A stretch of DNA of 64,000 bases from a virus (taxonomy: Duplodnaviria > Caudoviricetes). The position numbers were made by a program, and so were the translations under genes. The DNA is taken from the IMG/VR virus record IMGVR_UViG_3300028805_000067, positions 71,256 to 135,255 of that record. One strand, written 5' to 3'. Positions 26,877 to 38,346 of the stretch are shown here, one piece after another. The first letter of the stretch is position 1. Every line of letters starts with the position of its first letter. The notes under the pieces were generated by a model. That model was not told the DNA's origin and ran no database searches. It saw only the letters and a list, made by a program, of their open reading frames with translations.

Positions 26877-29800
26877 ATGGCTGGTCAAAAACTTGCGCAA
26901 TATACTGTTGGCGTAGATTTTCAAGTTGATACTAAAGGCTTGCAAAATGCTATGGCGGCAGTGCGTCAGCAAATGGATATTAAAAAATTTCAGAATTTAC
27001 ATCTTGATTTAGATATTAAAGATGCTCAAGCCAGATATTCTGAAATAATGAAAACTGAAAAAATAGTTAGACAAGCATTAGATAAATCATATAATTTAAA
27101 ATTAAATACTTATGATTTTAATAAGTTTACTGCTGCTTTAAATGATATTAGTTTTAATAAAGTCCAAAAAGATTTTACAGATTTAGGTGCAACTGGACAA
27201 CGAGCCTTATTAGAAATGACAAAGGCTTTTACTACTACTAATATTCAGCTAACACAAACTCATACTTTGCTAGAAAAGATGGGTACTACTTTAGCTAATA
27301 CTTTAAGATGGCAAGCTGCTACTAAAGCTATTCAGTCTGTAACTGGTAGTATTCAACAGGCTTATTATTTCACAAAAGATTTAGATAAATCATTAAATGA
27401 TATTAGAATAGTTACTGATAAATCTGCGGTAAGTATGGAGAAATTTACTGCACAGGCAATTAGTGCAGCAAAGGCTTTAGGTAAATCTACTACAGATTAT
27501 ACCAACGCTTCATTACTGTACTATCAGCAAGGTTTAAGTGACGAGGAAGTAGCAAGAAGAACTGAAACCACTTTAAAAGCTGCAAATGTCACCGGCCAGG
27601 CTGCCTCTGCAGTATCAGAAGAATTAACAGCAGTTTGGAATGGTTTTCAAGTTGAGCTAGATAAAACAGAGGAAACTGTAGATAAATTGGCGGCAGTGGC
27701 TGCTCATTCCGCATCTAACCTGGAAGAAATTTCTACAGCTATGTCTAAAGTGGCGTCCGCAGCTAATATGACTGGTGTTAATATAGATCAATTAACTGCA
27801 CAGATTGCTACTATTGTATCTGTTACTAGACAAGCACCTGAAACAGTTGGTACCGCATTAAAAACAATTTATGCTAGAATGTCTGATTTGAAGCTAGGCG
27901 AAACTGATGAAGAAGGCGTATCACTTGGTGATGTATCTAGCACTTTACATTCTCTTGGAGTTGAAGTATTAGATACCACTGGTAATTTAAGAGATATGGG
28001 TACAGTTATTGAAGAAATAGCTGTTAAATGGGATACTTTAAATACAGCACAACAAACTGCATTAGCTCAATCTCTTGGTGGCAAAAGACAATATACAAAT
28101 CTTGTTGCTTTATTTGATAACTGGAGTATGTATAATCAGAATTTAAAGATTTCTGAAAATTCTTTGGGAACTTTACAAAGACAGCAAGATACATACATGG
28201 AAAGCACTAAGGCTCATTTACAGGAACTTGCTACTGCAAAAGAAGAATTGTATGCTAGTATTATGGATGCGGATACTATTAATAAAAGCGCGTATGCCCT
28301 TAGATCAATGGTAGAATCTGTAACAAAAATAGTTAAGACTCTTGGTGGTGGAAAAGGCGTATTTAATACTATTTCTGGTATTTTGATGATGGCCATGAAA
28401 GCACCATTAGGAAAAGCTATTAGTACTAGTATGAATAATGCTTTAATTAAGGCAAACAATCAACAAGCAATAGATTATGTTCTTAAATCTTCTGATAGTT
28501 TAAAACAATATTTTAGTCAAACTTATGCTAAAAATGACCAATCAAATATTATAGCTGCACAATATAATGAAGATATTAATAAATATACTAAACAGTATAC
28601 TGATAATGCTGGTATGACAGTTGAACAATATACAGCATTACGCGATGCAGCTTTTCAATATGCAGAGGCTAAAATAAAATTAGCAGAAGTTGATGAATTA
28701 AATATTGAAGCACAAAATAAATATCAACAAGCATTAAATGAAGAATTAAAATTTGAAAATCGTGGCGAGTTAGATGCATCTAAAAGTAAATTAGTTAAAA
28801 AATTAGAGCAAGAAACTCAATTATTAGAGAAAGCTAAGTTTGCATTAGAGCAATATAAATCTGCACAAGAAACTAGAGATACTATTAGTTTATCTAATGA
28901 AAGACAAATAAGAGATGCAAAAATAAGGCAGTCAGGTTTAAAAGATGTCACTTATGATGCATTAGTTGGCAATACTATTCAAGAAAAATTGCAATATGCA
29001 CAAGGGCAGCAACTGGCTGCAAATACTAAAGCAACAGCCACTGGTTGGGAAAATATAGCAAAAGCATTACAAGTATATATTGATAAGTTAGAAAGTTTAA
29101 AACAGGCTCATGCTACCACAACACAAGATATAAACAAATTACAAAATGCAGTCGATAAGCATACTAAAGAAGTTAATAAATTAACTGATGCAGAAGAAGC
29201 TCTTAAAAATGCTACATCAGCTGCATCTGCCGCGGAAGAAGTTGAAACTCGAAAATTTAATCAAATGCGATTAGAAAGAGAGGCTCTAACAAGTGCTACT
29301 GGACAAGCAATATCTGGACTAATAACTGGTATTGGTAGCTTTGCTATGGGAGTGTCGCAACTTTCTAATATTTTTCAGCAAATGCAAAAAGGAGAGGCAG
29401 ATTTTGCTTCATTAACATCTAGTTTAGCCATGACTTTACCAATGATTGCAAAAGGGTATAAATCTATTACAAACAATGTGGCAATTTTAGGTAATCGTTA
29501 TTTAACTGCAACTAGAAATTTAATTGCATCACAAGGAGTAATGCAAGGACTTACTACAGCTAGTTCAAAATTTTTAAGTATATTAATAAGTATTGGTAAG
29601 CGTTTTGCAATTATAATTGCAATAATAGCGACAATGAATACTATTAATAATCTTATTACAAAACAACAAAATATTCGTAAAAAACAGTTAGAATTACTTG
29701 AAGAAGAGGCAAAAGCAACGCGTAAACTTGCTGAAGAGACAGCTGAAGAACAAAAAAAAGTAGTAGAGCTATCACAAGCCTATCAGAAATTACAAAAAGA

Positions 29801-32800
29801 ATTAGTTGATAATAATACATCTAAAGAAGAAGAATTACAAGCTACTTATAATTTATTACAACAATATGGATATGAAAATGAGGCTATAGATTTATTAACT
29901 GGTAAATATCAAAACTATGCAGATGCTATTTCAGCAGTTACTCAAGCAAAAATTAATGAGGCTAGCACTGCAGCCGATGATGATATCGCAAAACAACAAA
30001 AATTAGTAGAATCACAAATTATTCAAGCTAATTTACAAAATGTATATCGAGGTTTAAGTCCTGTAAGTCAGGCTGAAGATCAAATACAACAACAATTATT
30101 TGAAGAAGCATTTAATATAGACCTTGATAATATTAATGCTATTAGTGAATTATTATTAAATGAGAATACAAGGGCAAAAGTACAGCGTTGGGTTAAGGCT
30201 CAAGTTGAAGCTGGGGCGGCTTCTTCAGAAGATATATTTGTAGGTGCTTTATCTAATTTATTGACAAATACACAAAGCAATTATGATATTATACAAAGTA
30301 ATCAGGATACTAAAAAAGAAGGACAAAAAACTATTAGATTTAATCAGTCAGGAAGAGCTTTATTATCTGGCACTACACAAGAGAAAGTTGCAGAATATCA
30401 ACAATTATTAAATGAAGGATATACTCAAGAAGAAGTTAAAGAATTAGCTACAAATTATGATGATTTAAATAGCTATTATAAAACATTTTTAATTAAAAAT
30501 GAACAACTATTTAAACAGTATGGTAATGATATTTATGGATTTTCTTTGCAAGAATCTGCTGCTTTATATGATTTAATTACTAATTATAAAACATTTGAAG
30601 GTGACACTTTAGATGCAATTAAAAATATAAAATTAGCTTATGCTGATTATCTTACAGAGTTAAATAAAGTGGGCGCCGCCCAACAAGCTATTTTATCTTT
30701 TGATACTTCTAAAGGATACCATTCAAAAGAAGATTTTAAAAATATTTTTGACACTGAACAATTAGAACAGTTTTCAAAATATTTGGATTCAATTGGTTAT
30801 GATATAGAAACATTTTATAATCATTTTGATGAAGAAATGCAAAGTAAAGTATTAAATAATTTTTATTTTAGTTCAATTACTGATGCTAATCATGCTATTG
30901 ATTTTACAAATTTGGTTAATAAACAAGTAGAAGAAGAGCGAACACGATTATTAGAAGAACGAGAGAAAATACAACATCTGCGAGATACAGAATTTGATAA
31001 ACAAATAAATGATGAAATAAATAAAATAAGCAGCTTTTTTGCAAATATTACAGATCCTATGTGGGAAGCAGCAATAGCAGAACAAATAGGTATTGCACAA
31101 GAAAACTTTTCACAATTTCGAGATGCAGGAACTGATAAAATTAATTATGTATTAGATGATGATAATTCTAATTATTTAACTGAAGATGAAGAAAAATATA
31201 AAAAATATATTAGTAATAAAATTAATAATGTGTTACTTAATAGTCAACAATTAAATGATTATGATGAACAATTAATTAATTTAAATAATGCTATAACAGC
31301 ATTACAAGAATCGCAACGAACTGGTGAACATGTAGCAAAAGCATATAATACTATTATAGAAGCAAGCACACATGATTTTAAATTAGCAAGTTCAGCGGTA
31401 GATGAATTACAATCTACTTATAATACACTTGCAGACGCAGTAGACACTTATAATGAGAATGGTTATATAACTCTTGATCAAATGCAACAGTTAGTAGCCA
31501 TGGATGCTGACCAGTTACAATACCTTACTCTTGAGAATAATGAAATGGGCGTGCAAACTGATGCAATAAATGATTTATTACATGCAAAAGTTGGCATGAT
31601 GCGTCAGCAAATTATAAATACTACTTATACTCAATTAGAGGCATTAAAAACAGATAACTTAAAAGATGTTGTTATGTCAGCTTCATATGCTAATTTAGCT
31701 ATGGCAGCAAGTGAAGGCACTTTAACAGATGCGATGAAAGAAACCGTATATACAGTTCACGCATTGGTTGAAGAAATTGGAGCACAAGATGCTGAGAAAA
31801 AGGCTTATGCTGAATGGCTTGAGCAGGATATGCAAAAACGATTAAATTTAATTGACAAATATGTTAATATGGATGTATCCTCTAGTCGTAGTAAAGCTGA
31901 AGATGAAATTTTAAAAGATGTAGAAGCTGAACTTGATATTTATCATGACATTAATATTGAATTAGAAAAGATTAATAAAGCTACTGAAAGATTAAAGAAA
32001 ACAAGAGACCAATTAGTTGGACAAGATTTATTAGATTCTTATGCACAAGAAATAACTTTATTAAATAGTGAGAATGATGCGCTTGAAAGAAAATTAGCAT
32101 TACAACAACAGGACGCTGCAGATAAGCGTGCAGAACTTGGCGCTCATGGTGTTGCATTTGATGTTAATGGACAAGTTGCAAATTATAATACTATTTTAGC
32201 TCGCTGGGCAAATCAGGTTAACGCAGTAACTGATAAAGAGCAGCGGGAGGCGATGGAAGAGCAGCGTCAGAAACTCATTGATACATTAAAAGATTATGAA
32301 GATTTATGGAATAATGAGATAGAAGAAGTACAAGATAAGCTAACTGATAACTCTGCCGCTATAATTCAAGCGCAAGTGGATAGAATGAATATTGTAGTTG
32401 ATACTACAATTGATTTGAAAGACTTAAAGCGCAAATTTAATGAGTTTAAACGCGACTATATAGACAAGTTACTTCCTACTGAGTTTGCTAAAGCAATTGA
32501 TACCATTAATAATAATATGTCTGCTACTTACCAAGCTATGGGCATGAGTTACGACTATGTAACTAAAGCTCTTGCGGAAGTACAGAAAATGCAACAAGGC
32601 TTTGAGTCAGATTTATATGGTAATAATATTAATCTTGCACTTGAAGATTTGCGCAGTAATAGCGAAAAATTACAAGCTGCTATGCAAGAAGTTACAGGAG
32701 ATTTAGTAGCGGCTACAGAGAAATATAGAGAAAGCATTGATGAGTTGTCTAATGCTTTTGATAGACAAACTGAATATCTTGAAAAATTGGCTGGTGCTTA

Positions 32801-35252
32801 TGATAAGCAAACTAAAGCATATCAGTTATTATATGGCGAGAATGGTGCTGCAAGCGTTGCCGCACAAAATCTTGAAACAATTTCTGATATTTATAATAAA
32901 CAAGCTGACAAATATGCACAACAAGCTAGTTATTGGCAATCTAAAATTAGTGAATGGGAAACTACTTTAAGTGACCCCGCAATTACTACTGAGTTAGCGC
33001 AAGCGTTAACAGAGCAGATTAAAGACGCTCAAGATAAAATGATTGATGCTAATGAAAAGGCGGGAGAGGCTTATGTGAATGCAGTTGAAAAAGCTAATGA
33101 GGGCTTCGCTCAACGCATTGCCGCGGAAAATAACCAACTTGCTGAAGGTATTTTAGGTCAGAGCTTAGATAAGTTTAAAACTGACTGGGAAGCTACTAAA
33201 GAGTTAAGTGATATGTATTATGACAATGTTAATCGTGCATATCAGACTTCTTTATTGATGGGTAAGTATCAAAAGAGCATCAATGAGAATACAGGTGCCG
33301 CCCAGCAGAAATTACAAAATGCTTATGATAAAGAGCTAGCAACATTAAAAGAAAAAGATAAATTAACTAAATATGATTTAGAAAGAGCAGAAAAGAGATA
33401 CCAGTTAGTTCTTGCTCAAATTGCTCTTGAAGAAGCTCAACAGAATAAAAATACATTAAAACTTGCAAGAGATAGTCAAGGTAATTACACTTATCAATAT
33501 GTAGCAGATTCTAATGCTATTAATGAGGCTCAAGACAAAGTAAATAGCTTAGCTAATGATATTTATAATTTAGATAAAGATAATTGGCGTGCTAATACAG
33601 ATGCAATTATTGCAGACTTAGAAAGACTTAGTCAAAAAGCTGCGGAAGTATTTAGAATATTTGGTGCAGACAGTGATGAAGGTAATGAAGTAGTTGCTAA
33701 GTACTATGAAAAACTTAATGAACTTGCTAACCAGAGAGTTACTATTGCTGGTAATTCAGAAGAAAGTATGGTAAGTGAATTAAAGAGAATTGCGGATAGT
33801 GATGATGTTGCTCAGTTGATTGGTAATAAAGAATACAATCTGGAAAAAGAAAAATATACTGATTTAGCTAATACTAATTTATTAAAGATGGAAGAAGCTT
33901 TGGTGAATGCATTATCTAATGAAAGAAATAGATTAAATCAAGATTTAATTCTTCAAAATGCACAATTAACTGATGATGTTGCACAAAATCTTGATAAGAA
34001 TTTTATTAAGTGGTCGCAAACTAATGAAAATATTAATCAAGATACACACGAATTAATGGTTAGAATCAATGGTGAATTAATTAGTTTACAAGATGCTACT
34101 GATAATGTATTAACTGCAATTGAAAATAGAAATCTACAAGTATTAGGTGTTATACAAGATAATTCAAAATTGGCGGTTGCTGCATATGACGAAATGGTTA
34201 AGGAAATTGCGGAAGAGCTTATTCCGGCACATGAGAAATATGTAGATGAGCTGCAACAAGAAGTTGAATTTACCGAGTACGCATTGGACGCTTGTGATAA
34301 ACTGGCTAGAAAATTTGATAATTTATATAATAGTAGTGGCAAAGTAATTGAACAGGTTACTGGTATTTATGACGCATTAAAGAAATTTGATGAAATACCT
34401 AATACAATTACAAAAACTATTGTTACTGATTATCAAGTTAGAAATGAAGATAAAGCCGGAGGATTAAATGCTGGCACATCTGGCGGACAAGGTACTGCAT
34501 CTACAAACTCTTCAACTGGCTGGGTAAAAGAAGAAGATATAAATTATGTTGTACATAGTGTACATAGATCGCCTACTGGAATATCTGATTTGGCACCGCA
34601 AATCACATCTAAACATGGCGAGCCATTAACTTATAAACTTGTCAATCCTTCTGGCGGTTATCCTATTTATGTAAAGAGCGGTAGTCAAGAAGGATATATT
34701 AGTTTTAATACTTTCAATCTTTTAGCTAAATTGTATAGTAACTTAGATACAAGTACAGTACCAGTTTCATATAAAGAAAATGCTAATAATGGAAGAAATG
34801 GTATGCCAACTAATGCTTATCAGGCCGATGTAACATATATGGATGGTACAGTAAAAACTATGAATTACAATCAAGCAGTTGCTTTAATGAAAAATAAAAA
34901 ACAAGAATGGACATTTGATACTGGTGGTTACACTGGCCAATGGGCAAATGGTAGTAAAGAAGGCCGTATGGCTATGTTACATCAAAAAGAAATTGTACTT
35001 AATGCAACTGATACTGCTAACTTATTAGATATGGTTAAATATCAGCGTGAGATGCTAATGATTGAAAGAGATGCTGCATTAAATAAAGTTAGTGCAGTTA
35101 ATGAATCGCTTAAATCAAATGGCGGTATTATAAATCCTGTTTATAATATTACTGCAAGTTTCCCTAACGCAGTTGACCATAAAGAAATTGAGCTGGCTAT
35201 CTTAGATTTACCTAACTTCGCAGCGCAAAGAGCAAATAGCAATTTAATGTAA
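26877..35252 (+). CDS. tail tape measure protein
   Basis: 2791 aa, TP901-like core, long coiled coils, C-terminal FDTGGYTG..MLHQKEIVLN motif. Confidence 0.92.
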   Translation: MAGQKLAQYTVGVDFQVDTKGLQNAMAAVRQQMDIKKFQNLHLDLDIKDAQARYSEIMKTEKIVRQALDKSYNLKLNTYDFNKFTAALNDISFNKVQKDFTDLGATGQRALLEMTKAFTTTNIQLTQTHTLLEKMGTTLANTLRWQAATKAIQSVTGSIQQAYYFTKDLDKSLNDIRIVTDKSAVSMEKFTAQAISAAKALGKSTTDYTNASLLYYQQGLSDEEVARRTETTLKAANVTGQAASAVSEELTAVWNGFQVELDKTEETVDKLAAVAAHSASNLEEISTAMSKVASAANMTGVNIDQLTAQIATIVSVTRQAPETVGTALKTIYARMSDLKLGETDEEGVSLGDVSSTLHSLGVEVLDTTGNLRDMGTVIEEIAVKWDTLNTAQQTALAQSLGGKRQYTNLVALFDNWSMYNQNLKISENSLGTLQRQQDTYMESTKAHLQELATAKEELYASIMDADTINKSAYALRSMVESVTKIVKTLGGGKGVFNTISGILMMAMKAPLGKAISTSMNNALIKANNQQAIDYVLKSSDSLKQYFSQTYAKNDQSNIIAAQYNEDINKYTKQYTDNAGMTVEQYTALRDAAFQYAEAKIKLAEVDELNIEAQNKYQQALNEELKFENRGELDASKSKLVKKLEQETQLLEKAKFALEQYKSAQETRDTISLSNERQIRDAKIRQSGLKDVTYDALVGNTIQEKLQYAQGQQLAANTKATATGWENIAKALQVYIDKLESLKQAHATTTQDINKLQNAVDKHTKEVNKLTDAEEALKNATSAASAAEEVETRKFNQMRLEREALTSATGQAISGLITGIGSFAMGVSQLSNIFQQMQKGEADFASLTSSLAMTLPMIAKGYKSITNNVAILGNRYLTATRNLIASQGVMQGLTTASSKFLSILISIGKRFAIIIAIIATMNTINNLITKQQNIRKKQLELLEEEAKATRKLAEETAEEQKKVVELSQAYQKLQKELVDNNTSKEEELQATYNLLQQYGYENEAIDLLTGKYQNYADAISAVTQAKINEASTAADDDIAKQQKLVESQIIQANLQNVYRGLSPVSQAEDQIQQQLFEEAFNIDLDNINAISELLLNENTRAKVQRWVKAQVEAGAASSEDIFVGALSNLLTNTQSNYDIIQSNQDTKKEGQKTIRFNQSGRALLSGTTQEKVAEYQQLLNEGYTQEEVKELATNYDDLNSYYKTFLIKNEQLFKQYGNDIYGFSLQESAALYDLITNYKTFEGDTLDAIKNIKLAYADYLTELNKVGAAQQAILSFDTSKGYHSKEDFKNIFDTEQLEQFSKYLDSIGYDIETFYNHFDEEMQSKVLNNFYFSSITDANHAIDFTNLVNKQVEEERTRLLEEREKIQHLRDTEFDKQINDEINKISSFFANITDPMWEAAIAEQIGIAQENFSQFRDAGTDKINYVLDDDNSNYLTEDEEKYKKYISNKINNVLLNSQQLNDYDEQLINLNNAITALQESQRTGEHVAKAYNTIIEASTHDFKLASSAVDELQSTYNTLADAVDTYNENGYITLDQMQQLVAMDADQLQYLTLENNEMGVQTDAINDLLHAKVGMMRQQIINTTYTQLEALKTDNLKDVVMSASYANLAMAASEGTLTDAMKETVYTVHALVEEIGAQDAEKKAYAEWLEQDMQKRLNLIDKYVNMDVSSSRSKAEDEILKDVEAELDIYHDINIELEKINKATERLKKTRDQLVGQDLLDSYAQEITLLNSENDALERKLALQQQDAADKRAELGAHGVAFDVNGQVANYNTILARWANQVNAVTDKEQREAMEEQRQKLIDTLKDYEDLWNNEIEEVQDKLTDNSAAIIQAQVDRMNIVVDTTIDLKDLKRKFNEFKRDYIDKLLPTEFAKAIDTINNNMSATYQAMGMSYDYVTKALAEVQKMQQGFESDLYGNNINLALEDLRSNSEKLQAAMQEVTGDLVAATEKYRESIDELSNAFDRQTEYLEKLAGAYDKQTKAYQLLYGENGAASVAAQNLETISDIYNKQADKYAQQASYWQSKISEWETTLSDPAITTELAQALTEQIKDAQDKMIDANEKAGEAYVNAVEKANEGFAQRIAAENNQLAEGILGQSLDKFKTDWEATKELSDMYYDNVNRAYQTSLLMGKYQKSINENTGAAQQKLQNAYDKELATLKEKDKLTKYDLERAEKRYQLVLAQIALEEAQQNKNTLKLARDSQGNYTYQYVADSNAINEAQDKVNSLANDIYNLDKDNWRANTDAIIADLERLSQKAAEVFRIFGADSDEGNEVVAKYYEKLNELANQRVTIAGNSEESMVSELKRIADSDDVAQLIGNKEYNLEKEKYTDLANTNLLKMEEALVNALSNERNRLNQDLILQNAQLTDDVAQNLDKNFIKWSQTNENINQDTHELMVRINGELISLQDATDNVLTAIENRNLQVLGVIQDNSKLAVAAYDEMVKEIAEELIPAHEKYVDELQQEVEFTEYALDACDKLARKFDNLYNSSGKVIEQVTGIYDALKKFDEIPNTITKTIVTDYQVRNEDKAGGLNAGTSGGQGTASTNSSTGWVKEEDINYVVHSVHRSPTGISDLAPQITSKHGEPLTYKLVNPSGGYPIYVKSGSQEGYISFNTFNLLAKLYSNLDTSTVPVSYKENANNGRNGMPTNAYQADVTYMDGTVKTMNYNQAVALMKNKKQEWTFDTGGYTGQWANGSKEGRMAMLHQKEIVLNATDTANLLDMVKYQREMLMIERDAALNKVSAVNESLKSNGGIINPVYNITASFPNAVDHKEIELAILDLPNFAAQRANSNLM

Positions 35253-35369
35253 AAATGTAGCTTTGAGGCGGGCTCCCGCCTCGAGGCTTATTTTATTGGG
35301 CGTTTTTATATAAAAAATATAGATAATTTTTTATATAATTAAAAGAGTAATAAAGGAGGAAAGGGCTAA

Positions 35370-36857
35370 ATGATTACACTTAATTCTGATTTTATGAATT
35401 ATTCTGATAATCCTGTTGGCATGGAAAATATCAATACAGAAGATATTTTTCATATTGATGTTAATTCTCGTCAGATTATTGTACCAGATTCATGGACTGC
35501 AGTTGGTGCTTTACAAGACCATTTAGCAGAAAAAATTTGGTTTGCTATTGATAGATTTTTTGATGATAGAGATTTTGCTACTGCAACAAGATTTTCTATT
35601 AACTTTTTAAATGCTGCATCAGAAGGATATATTCATAATTCTACTGAAGTATATAAGTGGGATGAAGTAAATAATGTTGTTATTCCTGTTGATGATACTG
35701 AACATGATGACCCAATGGTTTACAATAAATTATTATTCCGTTGGAGAATTTCTCAAAATGTTACAGTAAAAACTGGTAAAGTTATTTTTGCAGTTAGAAT
35801 TGGTAAATATGAAACTTTAAATGATGATAGTGTAGAAGCCACTTTAGAGCAGGATGAAACTACTTGGATGTGGAATACTACTATTGCCTCATTAGCAGTA
35901 CTTGAATCTGTTGCAGTTGAAGCCGGAGCGGATAGTGAAGGTAATGAGTGGGGCGTTAATGATATGGCTAGATGGTTCTATGCTATATCTAATGCACAAA
36001 TTAGTTTAAATGAATTTATTGGTATGTATACAGCTATGGACCATGTAGTAGCTGGCCCAAAGGGTAACTTCACTTGGTCACAGTTTAAATATATAGGTGA
36101 TACAATAGAAGAACAACCTATGAGTACTCCAGAACCACCTTTTGAAATACAGAATGATGTTATGACTGTTACGCCAAATGGCTATACTGAATTAACAACT
36201 GCCACTTGGCGAAATAATATGTGGATTAATACTGATACTAGTACTAGAACAACTGTAACCATTCCAGAAGTTAATGATACTGCTACTAATTTGATTGATA
36301 CTTGGAGTTCTAGTAAAATTTCGGCAGAAAATAATAACATTAAAGATTATATAAACAGTAAAATATATAGTACAACTGCGGGTAGCGGTACTACGGGTGC
36401 ATGGGCAGTTAATCCTACGACAGCTTATATACAAGCTCAATTTGGTACCTCGTCAGCGACTGCCGCGACTTCAGGAATGAGCGCTCAGGGTATAAGACAA
36501 TATGCGGATAGCAAAATTACTAATACTGCAAGTGATACTTCTACTTCAGTTGGCTTATCTGCAAGTGCAGTTAAAAGTTATATGAGCACTAATTATCTTA
36601 CTACTGCGGCAGCAGCTAGTAATTATCTTGCTGCTTCTGCTATTGATGATACCACAACTGCTTCTAATAAATTATGGTCTTCGCATAAAGTAAAAGATTA
36701 TGTAGATAGTAAAGATTCTTTACCATCTGTTACCTCTGCAGATGCTGGTAAAGTATTAATGGTTGATGCTAATGGAGATTGGGTAGTTGGTACTATTAGT
36801 GGTGGTGGTATTCCACAAGTAGTAGCATCAATAACAACAATGGGAGGTATTGAATAA
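35370..36857 (+). CDS. putative baseplate/tail fibre protein (BppU-like N-terminus)
   Basis: DHLAEKIWFAIDRFFD..WRISQNVT..GKVIFAVRI; repeated WSSxKI fibre motifs. Confidence 0.6.
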   Translation: MITLNSDFMNYSDNPVGMENINTEDIFHIDVNSRQIIVPDSWTAVGALQDHLAEKIWFAIDRFFDDRDFATATRFSINFLNAASEGYIHNSTEVYKWDEVNNVVIPVDDTEHDDPMVYNKLLFRWRISQNVTVKTGKVIFAVRIGKYETLNDDSVEATLEQDETTWMWNTTIASLAVLESVAVEAGADSEGNEWGVNDMARWFYAISNAQISLNEFIGMYTAMDHVVAGPKGNFTWSQFKYIGDTIEEQPMSTPEPPFEIQNDVMTVTPNGYTELTTATWRNNMWINTDTSTRTTVTIPEVNDTATNLIDTWSSSKISAENNNIKDYINSKIYSTTAGSGTTGAWAVNPTTAYIQAQFGTSSATAATSGMSAQGIRQYADSKITNTASDTSTSVGLSASAVKSYMSTNYLTTAAAASNYLAASAIDDTTTASNKLWSSHKVKDYVDSKDSLPSVTSADAGKVLMVDANGDWVVGTISGGGIPQVVASITTMGGIE

Positions 36858-37447
36858 TGTTCGTGTCAAATTTTTTTAAATTTAGAAATCATATAAACAA
36901 TGCTGTGCCAGTGGACCGTAGCGGTAGTACAACAACGGAAATGTTTACTGTAACAGATGCTAAATCAAATACAAATGAAAGTATTAAAATTATTCAAGAT
37001 TTTTATTACTATAATACTGATACTAGTCTAACAAATAATGTCGCTAGAGTATGGGAAAAAATGAAATTAAATTATGGAAAAATATTATATGCTCCAATTA
37101 TAAAATTATCAACAACAGATACAGTATCATTTGATGACTATGAAATTGATAATATTAATTCTGATATTGCTATTAGCAATTTGGTATACAATTCAACATT
37201 TGAAAATAATAAAACAATTATTACAATTAACTGTACAGTTACTAATAATGGCACTGATACAGAAATCAAAAAAGCTGGTATTTATAATACTGTAGAATAT
37301 TTTAATTCATTTGATAATACGGTAAGTAAAGGTTATTCTCCTATAACTCAACAAATGCTTATAGCTGAACATGTATTTGATTCACCTATCACACTTCTTG
37401 CAAATGAATCAAAATCATTAACAATTCAACTTGTACTTGCAAGTTAA
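36857..37447 (+). CDS. hypothetical virion-associated protein
   Basis: Translationally coupled to the fibre gene; beta-rich. Confidence 0.5.
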   Translation: MFVSNFFKFRNHINNAVPVDRSGSTTTEMFTVTDAKSNTNESIKIIQDFYYYNTDTSLTNNVARVWEKMKLNYGKILYAPIIKLSTTDTVSFDDYEIDNINSDIAISNLVYNSTFENNKTIITINCTVTNNGTDTEIKKAGIYNTVEYFNSFDNTVSKGYSPITQQMLIAEHVFDSPITLLANESKSLTIQLVLAS

Positions 37448-37453
37448 ATATAA

Positions 37454-37499
37454 AAATAAAAACCCCTTAAACTTATTTAAGTTTAAGGGGTTATTTTTT
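37454..37499. terminator. bidirectional terminator between convergent modules
   Basis: AACCCCTTAAACTTA-TT-TAAGTTTAAGGGGTT flanked by A- and T-runs. Confidence 0.8.
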
Positions 37500-37520
37500 A
37501 TGCCTAAAAATTAAAATTTT

Positions 37521-38021
37521 TCACCATGCGAGTTTTCTATCATTGTCCTTAAAATAACTTAAAGCTATACAGATTGCATCAGCTGCATCATCATTTGTTT
37601 CAATATTATATGTATCTTTTACAAATTGTATATCTTCCTCTTTTAATGATGCTCTTTTGACACCTCTACCTTGTTTTATACCAAGTTTACTACGCCAAGA
37701 GGAAGGATATATATATTCTGTTGCGGCGGGGCATGTATCGTGTAGCATGAAAGCTACTGATGCTTGTGTCCACATAAGTGTTTTATATGTTTGTAAATTA
37801 AGACCACCATCTGGTCTTACTTCTTCCATAAGAATTTTATCTATTTTATAGTTAGCTGAAAAACTTTCAACGAACTCTTTTAATTCATTTGTTATTTTTT
37901 GTATTCTTTTTATAGTATCAGTTCCTGATGCAGTTATAGTGGTATATGCTATAATTTTTTCATCTTGCAATAATGCAACACCAGTACTTTTAGAACTCAA
38001 ATCTAATCCTAATATAATCAT
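37521..38021 (-). CDS. ruvC: RuvC-like Holliday junction resolvase
   Basis: ILGLDLSSKSTG, ILMEE, PSSWR, DDAADAICI. Confidence 0.85.
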   Translation of the reverse strand: MIILGLDLSSKSTGVALLQDEKIIAYTTITASGTDTIKRIQKITNELKEFVESFSANYKIDKILMEEVRPDGGLNLQTYKTLMWTQASVAFMLHDTCPAATEYIYPSSWRSKLGIKQGRGVKRASLKEEDIQFVKDTYNIETNDDAADAICIALSYFKDNDRKLAW

Positions 38022-38139
38022 TGACTAGCCTCCAAAATTTTTTCTTTATTATATCAAAAATTTTAGAAAAAGTCAATCCCTCATTTTGAGGGTTAAAAAT
38101 AAAAAATACCCCTCAAAATGAGGGGTAAATGTTGCATTA

Positions 38140-38346
38140 TTAATTGGCTCCGGTGCTGCCGAAACCGCCGTCACCGCGTTCGGTATCAGACATATCTTCT
38201 ACTTTATCTGTAATTTCAAAATTTACTACACAATATGGTATGATTACAAGCTGGGCAATTCTATCGCCTTTAGCTATATCTCTTATTTTATCACTGTCGT
38301 TATGAAGTGCTACTATAACTGGTCCACGGTAATCTGCGTCTATAAC
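38140..38346 (-). CDS. dut: dUTPase exon 2
   Basis: VIDADYRG, GDRIAQ, RGDGGFGSTG (motifs 3-5). Confidence 0.9.
   Translation of the reverse strand, partial: VIDADYRGPVIVALHNDSDKIRDIAKGDRIAQLVIIPYCVVNFEITDKVEDMSDTERGDGGFGSTGAN

Noticed and set aside
38078-38127. Two mutually inverted CCCTCA-N3-TGAGGG hairpins
   Set aside because: Adequately explained as the terminator region downstream of dut; no other copies seen
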